Shown here in pieces: positions 57,677 through 64,000 of a DNA stretch of 64,000 bases. Under the pieces are notes generated by a model, which saw only the letters and a list, made by a program, of their open reading frames with translations, searched no databases and was not told the origin of the DNA. Source of the DNA: an uncultured SAR86 cluster bacterium (GTDB lineage: Bacteria > Pseudomonadota > Gammaproteobacteria > Magnimaribacterales > AG-339-G14); assembly GCA_902536295.1 (NCBI GenBank), contig CACAWS010000001.1, positions 142,658 through 206,657 on the forward strand. Reading direction: 5' to 3'. Position numbers and translations under genes: made by a program. Position 1 is the stretch's first letter. Each line of letters opens with the position of its first letter.

Positions 57677-60600
57677 TTAGAAATATTTTCTTGCATTTAT
57701 AAACATCTTAATCCATGGAGAAAATCCTTCTCCTTTTAAATTTGTCCATGATAATTGAGAATTAAGAAATGCTCTTTCTGGATGAGGCATCATTATCGTT
57801 GCTCTTCCATCTTCAGAACATACTGCTGTTATACCTTTTTTTGTTCCGTTTGGATTACTTGGATAACTTTCCGTAGATTCTCCTTTCGCATTTACAAAGG
57901 ACATAACAACTTGATCTTCTAACAGTTTATTTTCTGAGTTCACAAAATCCATTCTGCCTTCTCCATGAGCCACAGGTATAAGTAGTTGAGACTTTTGCAT
58001 ACCGTCAAAAAGAAGTGATCTAGACTCATGAATTAAAACTTGAGATAGCCTTGCTTCAAATTGTCCCGAACTATTGTTTGTTAGTATCGGCCATGAACTA
58101 GTCCCAGGTATTATTTCTTTTAAATTAGACATGACTTGACAGCCATTACAAACGCCTAAAGAGAAAGTATCTTCTCGATTAAAAAACTCTTCAAATTGAT
58201 CTTTTAAAAATGGATTCATTAAAACTGTATTAGCCCATCCTTTGCCTGCTCCTAAAACATCACCAAATGAAAATCCACCTGGAAAGACTATTCCCTGAAA
58301 ACTTTTCAATTCAAATCTCTTTTTTATAAGATCGTTCATATGTACATCAGTAACCACAAAACCAGCTTTTTCAAATGCGGCAGCCATTTCTGTTTGTCCA
58401 TTGACGCCTTGTTCTCTTACTACAGCTATAGTAGGTTTGGTCTTTTCATGGTTTGGAAATGGAATTTCAAAGTTAAAAGATTGAGACAATATAGTATTGC
58501 TTCTATCCAAATATGACTTTTCTTCTTCTTCAGCACAAATTGGATTATCTCTAAGTTTTTTTATTTCAGAAGACACTTTTGACCAGTGTTTCATTAAATC
58601 GTCATATTTTATTTTTTCTTCCAAATTCGTTGATTTAATTTTTAGTTCATCGTTATTATTAATTTTTCCGATTGGATTAATTTTATGAAAATTAATTTTT
58701 TTCAAGTCATTTTTTAATTCATTGAAATATTGTTCAGGAATTTGCAAGAGTAATCCCGGTTCTTCAGAAAATAAAATTCTGTTTAATTCATCTAGATTCG
58801 CGTCTAGGTGAAGATCAATACCAAGGTTACTTGCAAACATCATTTCTGAAACTGCGGCCACTAGACCCCCATCCGATATGTCGTGAATAGCAAATATTTT
58901 TTCTTTATTTATAAATTCACAAATTTTGTTAAAAATCTTTGGAAACGCTTCATAATTTTCTATGTCAGGACATTCTTTAAAATCTTTATTTATGACATGG
59001 CTTAAAATTGATCCGCCTAATCTATTTTTCTCAGAACCGAAATTTATTCTTACTAACAAGGAATCCTTATCTTCCTTTAGCATGGGAGTCAAAGATTTAT
59101 GTACATCAGTTATTGGAGCAAACGCAGAGACAATTAATGATTCCGGGCTAGTATTTTTATGATTCTCCCATTTTGTTTCCATGGATAAGGAATCTTTGCC
59201 TACTGGAATAGTAAGATTCCAATTTTTACAAATATCTTGAGTAACTGTTTTTACTGTTTCAAAGAGATCGGAATTACTTTGAGGAGTATTTGGGCAAGCC
59301 ATCCAATTTGCTGAAAGCTTTATAGAGGCTAAATCACTTAATCCACTTGAAATAAGATTCAGCACCGCTTCTGTTATGGCTAGTCTACCAGCCGCTTGCG
59401 GATTTATTAGAGCTACCGGAGACTTTTCTCCCATAGACATTGCTTCGCCAGTGATTTCTCCAAAATTAGTTAAAGTTATTGCATTGTCAGCCACCGGTAT
59501 TTGTAATGGACCAATCATTTGATCTCTAAAGGTGAGCCCTCCAACATTTCTATCTCCAATAGTAATTAAGAAATTTTTTCTTGAGACAGTAGGATGTCTC
59601 AAGACAGAAAATATGTTTTTTTTAATATTTACATCAATTTTTTGTAAATCGTTCTTATTATTAATTCTTTCTGGATTAAGCTCTCTATAAAGCTCTTTAT
59701 TAGCTCCGAATACAAATTCCATCTTCAAGTCAATTATTGGTTCTTCTCTGTAAGGGTCATGGACTAATAATTTTTTTTCTTTTGTAAAATGTCCAACGAT
59801 GGCATAAGGACAATTTTCTCTCTGACAAATTTCTTCAAATACCGTTAAATTTTCTTCTTCAATTGCCATGACATATCTTTCTTGAGATTCGTTACACCAA
59901 ATTTCCATATCGCTCATAGAATTATCTGCACAAGGAATTTTTGTAAAATCTATTTCTGCTCCATATCCGCAATCATTTATTAGCTCAGGTAAAGCGTTGG
60001 ACAAACCTCCAGCTCCAACGTCATGAATAAAACTTATAGGATTTTTATTTCCCAATTGCCAACTTTGATCTATTACTTCTTGACACCTTCGTTGCATTTC
60101 TGGGTTAGATCTCTGAACCGATGCAAAATCTAAGGATTCATCGGAAGTTCCAGATTCAGTAGATGATGCTGATCCTCCTCCTAAACCAATTAGGTATCCG
60201 GGGCCGCCAATTACAACGATTTTTGCATTGAGAGAAACTTGTTGTTTTTTTGTATGCATTGGACGGATATTCCCAAGTCCACCTGCAATCATAATCGGTT
60301 TATGAAACCCAAAATGTAAATTAGTCTTAGTATCATATTTTTCAAAAGCTCGAAAATAACCAAGGACATTAGGCCTGCCAAACTCATTATTAAACGAAGC
60401 TGCTCCGATTGGACCTTCAATCATGATTTCAAGGGGCGAGGCAATTCTGCTTGGTTTTATCTCTTTTCCTTCCCAAGATTCAATTAAAGTTGGAATCCTT
60501 AAATTTGATACTGAAAATCCACTTAATCCAGCTTTAGGCTTTGCTCCAATTCCTGTTGCCCCTTCGTCTCGAATCTCACCGCCTGAGCCTGTTGCCGCTC

Positions 60601-61525
60601 CAGGAAAAGGTGCGATCGCTGTTGGATGATTATGAGTTTCGACTTTAATACAAAAATTATTTTGTTCATTTTGATATTTATAATTTTTAGAAATGGGATC
60701 TGGAAAAAACCTTGAACTTCCTTTGCCTTTAATTACAGCAGCGTTATCGCTGTAGGCAGAGAGAACATTTTCAGAATAATTTTCATAAGTATTCTTTATC
60801 ATGGAAAATAATGATGGATACTCTTTTTCTCGAGAGTGATTTGTCCAACGAGAATTAAAGATTTTATGTCGACAATGCTCTGAGTTTATTTGAGAAAACA
60901 TCATTAACTCAGAATCTTTTATTCTTCTTTTAGTAGTTTTTAAGCCCTCAAAAAGATAATTTATTTCAAAATCATTTAGCCCCAGACTTAGAGTTTGATT
61001 TATATTCGAGAAGTTTTCTCTTGCAGCCCCATTAATTTCTATTGAGTCCTTTTTGACGTTAGAGGTAAACAAGTATTTTATTTGTTCGATGTCATTAATT
61101 ACTCTCTCCACCAAAGGATCATGTAGGAGCATTAAATCCAAAGAATTTAGATTCTTATCTTCAGAAAAAGTGAAACAGTTAACTTTTTCAATATTTTTTA
61201 TATCAATCCCACATTTTTTAAAAATATCGTTTACCTTTGAAGACCAAGGTGACTGGATCCCTTTTTTTGGAGCAACCACAATATCATTATCAAAATTGAT
61301 CCTTTTATTTTTCCCATTTAGTAATTTAAAAGCTTTATTTTTTTCTAATGTTGATAAATCATTCCAAGGTATAGAGGTTTCTAGGATAAATACGTCATTA
61401 ACCCCAATTAATGAATAGTTCGATTCTGAGAGATCTTTAATTTTCTTTTGAAGCTTAAAATTAGTAAAAGAAGCAGACCCTAAAATTCCAATCAAATTAG
61501 GCGTGAATTCAAAAATATTATGCAT
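57677..61525 (-). CDS. purL: Phosphoribosylformylglycinamidine synthase (large fused form)
   Basis: NSEHCRHKIFN, KVETHNHPT, HDVGAGG, GKDSLSM, GVCNGCQ, MMPHPER. Confidence 0.97.
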   Translation of the reverse strand: MHNIFEFTPNLIGILGSASFTNFKLQKKIKDLSESNYSLIGVNDVFILETSIPWNDLSTLEKNKAFKLLNGKNKRINFDNDIVVAPKKGIQSPWSSKVNDIFKKCGIDIKNIEKVNCFTFSEDKNLNSLDLMLLHDPLVERVINDIEQIKYLFTSNVKKDSIEINGAARENFSNINQTLSLGLNDFEINYLFEGLKTTKRRIKDSELMMFSQINSEHCRHKIFNSRWTNHSREKEYPSLFSMIKNTYENYSENVLSAYSDNAAVIKGKGSSRFFPDPISKNYKYQNEQNNFCIKVETHNHPTAIAPFPGAATGSGGEIRDEGATGIGAKPKAGLSGFSVSNLRIPTLIESWEGKEIKPSRIASPLEIMIEGPIGAASFNNEFGRPNVLGYFRAFEKYDTKTNLHFGFHKPIMIAGGLGNIRPMHTKKQQVSLNAKIVVIGGPGYLIGLGGGSASSTESGTSDESLDFASVQRSNPEMQRRCQEVIDQSWQLGNKNPISFIHDVGAGGLSNALPELINDCGYGAEIDFTKIPCADNSMSDMEIWCNESQERYVMAIEEENLTVFEEICQRENCPYAIVGHFTKEKKLLVHDPYREEPIIDLKMEFVFGANKELYRELNPERINNKNDLQKIDVNIKKNIFSVLRHPTVSRKNFLITIGDRNVGGLTFRDQMIGPLQIPVADNAITLTNFGEITGEAMSMGEKSPVALINPQAAGRLAITEAVLNLISSGLSDLASIKLSANWMACPNTPQSNSDLFETVKTVTQDICKNWNLTIPVGKDSLSMETKWENHKNTSPESLIVSAFAPITDVHKSLTPMLKEDKDSLLVRINFGSEKNRLGGSILSHVINKDFKECPDIENYEAFPKIFNKICEFINKEKIFAIHDISDGGLVAAVSEMMFASNLGIDLHLDANLDELNRILFSEEPGLLLQIPEQYFNELKNDLKKINFHKINPIGKINNNDELKIKSTNLEEKIKYDDLMKHWSKVSSEIKKLRDNPICAEEEEKSYLDRSNTILSQSFNFEIPFPNHEKTKPTIAVVREQGVNGQTEMAAAFEKAGFVVTDVHMNDLIKKRFELKSFQGIVFPGGFSFGDVLGAGKGWANTVLMNPFLKDQFEEFFNREDTFSLGVCNGCQVMSNLKEIIPGTSSWPILTNNSSGQFEARLSQVLIHESRSLLFDGMQKSQLLIPVAHGEGRMDFVNSENKLLEDQVVMSFVNAKGESTESYPSNPNGTKKGITAVCSEDGRATIMMPHPERAFLNSQLSWTNLKGEGFSPWIKMFINARKYF

Positions 61526-61574
61526 ACTTCTTAATGAAGGAATTATTATAAATCAAGAATCAATTTTTTTTAGA

Positions 61575-63572
61575 TTAAGCAGCGAACAATTTATTTTTTA
61601 AGGAAGTTATTTTGTCTCTAATATTTGCTGCTTCTTCAAATTCAAGTTTATTTGCATGCTCCAACATTAATTCCTCAAGTGAATCAATTTTTTCGGCTAA
61701 GTCTTTTGGAGATAGATAGTCTTCTTCAAACTTTTTATCAACCTCTTGAATGAATTCTTTCTTTGTTAAATTCTTCGATCCCTCCATCACGTCCATAATG
61801 GGCCTAACAATTCCCTTGGGTTTAATTTTGTGCTTTTTATTAAAGGCTATTTGTTTTTTTCTTCTAGCCTCTGTAGTTTCAATTGTTCTTTTCATTGATC
61901 CAGTTTCATTATCCCCATATAAGATTGCGTGACCATTTATGTGTCTTGCTGCCCTGCCAATAGTTTGAATTAAGGAAGTATCAGATCTTAAAAATCCTTC
62001 TTTGTCTGCATCTAAAATTGCAACTAATGAAACTTCTGGCAAATCTAAACCCTCTCTCAGAAGATTTATTCCAACTAACACATCAAAGTTACCTAATCTT
62101 AAGTCTCTTAATATTTCTGATCTTTCAACTGTATCAATATCTGAATGAAGATATTTAACATTTATATCTTTTTCAAAGAGATATTGAGATAAATCTTCAG
62201 CCATTCTTTTGGTTAAAACTGTGACTAAAACTCTTTCCTTTTTTTTGGTGCGATCATAAATTTCAGAAATTAAGTCATCGACTTGGTTAACTGCAGGCCT
62301 TATTTCAATTGTTGGATCCAACAACCCTGTAGGCCTCACTATAAGATCTACCATTTGATCTAAATTATCATTTTCATATTCACCGGGAGTAGCTGAAACA
62401 AATATTTTCTGTCCCGATAATATTTCCCATTCATCAAATCTGAGAGGCCTATTATCTAAAGCGCTCGGCAATCTGAAACCGTATTCAGTTAGAGTTTCTT
62501 TTCTTGATCGATCTCCCCTGTACATTCCTCTTATTTGAGGTAAAGAAACATGAGATTCATCAACAAAAACTAAAGCGTCCTCTGGCAAATATTCATACAA
62601 AGTTGGTGGCGCCTCGCCCTTTTTTCTTCCGGATAAGTACCTAGAGTAATTTTCGATACCTGAACAAAATCCTAACTCTTTTATCATTTCGATATCATAT
62701 TTTGTTCGTTCTTCAATTCTTTGAGCTTCAATTAATTTTTCATTTTTCTTAAAGTATTTAACTCTTTCCTTCATTTCACTTCTAATTTTTTCAACAGCCG
62801 TTAGCATCACGTCTCTGGAAGTTACATAATGAGTTTTTGGAAAAATTGTAACTCTAGGAACGTCTCTAATTATTTCTCCTGTCAGTGGATCGAAAAACTT
62901 GAGTGATTCAATTTCAGTATCAAATAATTCTATTCTTAAAGCCTCAAAATCTGATTCTGCTGGAAAGACATCAATTACATCTCCCTTTACCCTATATGTC
63001 GCTCTTTTAAATTCTGTGTCATTTCTAGTGTATTGAAGCTCAGCTAATCTCATCAATAAAACCTTCAAATCAATTTCATCACCTCTATCAAGGTGTAAAA
63101 CCATCTTTAAATATGATTTTGGATCTCCCAATCCATATATTGCCGATACTGATGCAACTATAATTACATCCCTCCTTTCCATGATTGCTTTTGTTGCAGA
63201 TAAACGCATCTGTTCGATATGCTCATTAATAGAAGCGTCCTTTTCAATGAACGTATCTGAGGTAGGTACATAAGCTTCTGGTTGATAATAGTCATAATAA
63301 GAAACGAAATATTCAACTGCATTTTCTGGAAAAAATTCTTTAAATTCTCCGTATAACTGAGCAGCCAACGTTTTGTTATGTGCCATAACGATTGCAGGTC
63401 TTTGAACTTCCTGAATAATATTTGCCATGGCAAAAGTTTTTCCGGAACCTGTAACGCCTCTCAATGTTTGGTTCAAAAGACCAGAATTCAAACCTTCTAC
63501 GATTGTTTTTATCGCGTTAGGTTGATCGCCCGCAGGTTTAAAGTCTGATTTAATATTAAATGATTTAGTCAT
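61575..63572 (-). CDS. uvrB: Excinuclease ABC subunit B
   Basis: [41 protein letters not shown]-terminal UVR motif. Confidence 0.97.
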   Translation of the reverse strand: MTKSFNIKSDFKPAGDQPNAIKTIVEGLNSGLLNQTLRGVTGSGKTFAMANIIQEVQRPAIVMAHNKTLAAQLYGEFKEFFPENAVEYFVSYYDYYQPEAYVPTSDTFIEKDASINEHIEQMRLSATKAIMERRDVIIVASVSAIYGLGDPKSYLKMVLHLDRGDEIDLKVLLMRLAELQYTRNDTEFKRATYRVKGDVIDVFPAESDFEALRIELFDTEIESLKFFDPLTGEIIRDVPRVTIFPKTHYVTSRDVMLTAVEKIRSEMKERVKYFKKNEKLIEAQRIEERTKYDIEMIKELGFCSGIENYSRYLSGRKKGEAPPTLYEYLPEDALVFVDESHVSLPQIRGMYRGDRSRKETLTEYGFRLPSALDNRPLRFDEWEILSGQKIFVSATPGEYENDNLDQMVDLIVRPTGLLDPTIEIRPAVNQVDDLISEIYDRTKKKERVLVTVLTKRMAEDLSQYLFEKDINVKYLHSDIDTVERSEILRDLRLGNFDVLVGINLLREGLDLPEVSLVAILDADKEGFLRSDTSLIQTIGRAARHINGHAILYGDNETGSMKRTIETTEARRKKQIAFNKKHKIKPKGIVRPIMDVMEGSKNLTKKEFIQEVDKKFEEDYLSPKDLAEKIDSLEELMLEHANKLEFEEAANIRDKITSLKNKLFAA

Positions 63573-63594
63573 TATTCGTTTTTTTGCCTATAAT
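63566..63594 (+). promoter_or_regulatory. Sigma70-like promoter for tRNA-Asn
   Basis: TAGTCA-N17-TATAAT, 11 nt upstream of the tRNA; the -35 box overlaps the divergent uvrB start codon. Confidence 0.6.
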
Positions 63595-63605
63595 ACACCT
63601 CATTT

Positions 63606-63681
<76 letters not shown>

Positions 63682-63689
63682 AAATTATA

Positions 63690-64000
63690 ATGCCTATATA
63701 TAATAAAGATAATCCCGATCCATATAAACTTAGTAGAACTAGAATTGAAAATTTTTGTAATTGTCCAAAATGTTTTTATTTAGAGGAAAAATTGGGCATA
63801 AGCAGACCCAGTTCTTTTCCCTTCAATCTTAACAATGCCGTTGATGAATTATTAAAAGAAGAATTTGATTCTTTTAGAAACTCAAGTGCTAGCCATCCAT
63901 ACATCGAGGGTGCAGGAATTGATGCAAAACCATTTAGTCATCCTGAAATAGAAAACTGGAGGACTAGAAATAAGGGAATTGGATATTTTGACGAAGAAAC
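63690..64000 (+). CDS. Probable PD-(D/E)XK nuclease family protein (3'-truncated)
   Basis: Hand translation MPIYNKDNPDPYKLSRTRIENFCNCPKCFYLEEKLGISRPSSFPFNLNNAVDELLK... The LS.....F..CP..FY motif resembles the PDDEXK_1 N-terminus. Catalytic residues lie outside the window. Confidence 0.65.
   Translation, partial: MPIYNKDNPDPYKLSRTRIENFCNCPKCFYLEEKLGISRPSSFPFNLNNAVDELLKEEFDSFRNSSASHPYIEGAGIDAKPFSHPEIENWRTRNKGIGYFDEE

Noticed and set aside
1853-63433. Many 60-140 aa antisense or alternate-frame ORFs in the track (e.g. 2187-2606, 6747-7073, 37279-37632, 43185-43565, 61053-61418)
   Set aside because: They lie within or opposite well-supported genes, have no recognisable motifs and look like shadow ORFs.
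63690-64000. Cas4 / CRISPR-associated nuclease
   Set aside because: No repeat-spacer array or other cas genes in the window; only a generic PD-(D/E)XK-like N-terminus is visible.

Overview
A gene-dense, AT-rich (roughly 30-33% GC by eye) bacterial chromosome segment with very short spacers and many overlapping genes. The core gene order (smc-zipA-ligA, ccmABCDEFGHI, alaS-lysC-...-tRNA-Ser, nudL/gamma-CA/purL, uvrB/tRNA-Asn) is gammaproteobacterial. The streamlining and the many fatty-acid/acyl-CoA enzymes suggest a marine oligotroph such as SAR86 (inference). I find about 60 CDS, 4 tRNAs, a SAM-II riboswitch and several intrinsic terminators, and no integrase, transposase, CRISPR array or prophage. 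Most notable: (1) an 810-aa Smc at the canonical locus with intact ATPase heads but no recognisable hinge domain; (2) a membrane-anchored orphan protein with animal FABP-like motifs; (3) a SAM-II aptamer wired to a terminator/antiterminator upstream of metY; (4) a divergent ATP-grasp/alpha-E/Anbu module with no transglutaminase; (5) small ORFs missed by the ORF track (ArfA-like peptide, DUF2256, ccmD); (6) a gene split at an A9 tract; (7) csrA missing from its usual slot; (8) signs of leaderless transcription. All calls come from reading motifs; no database searches were run.
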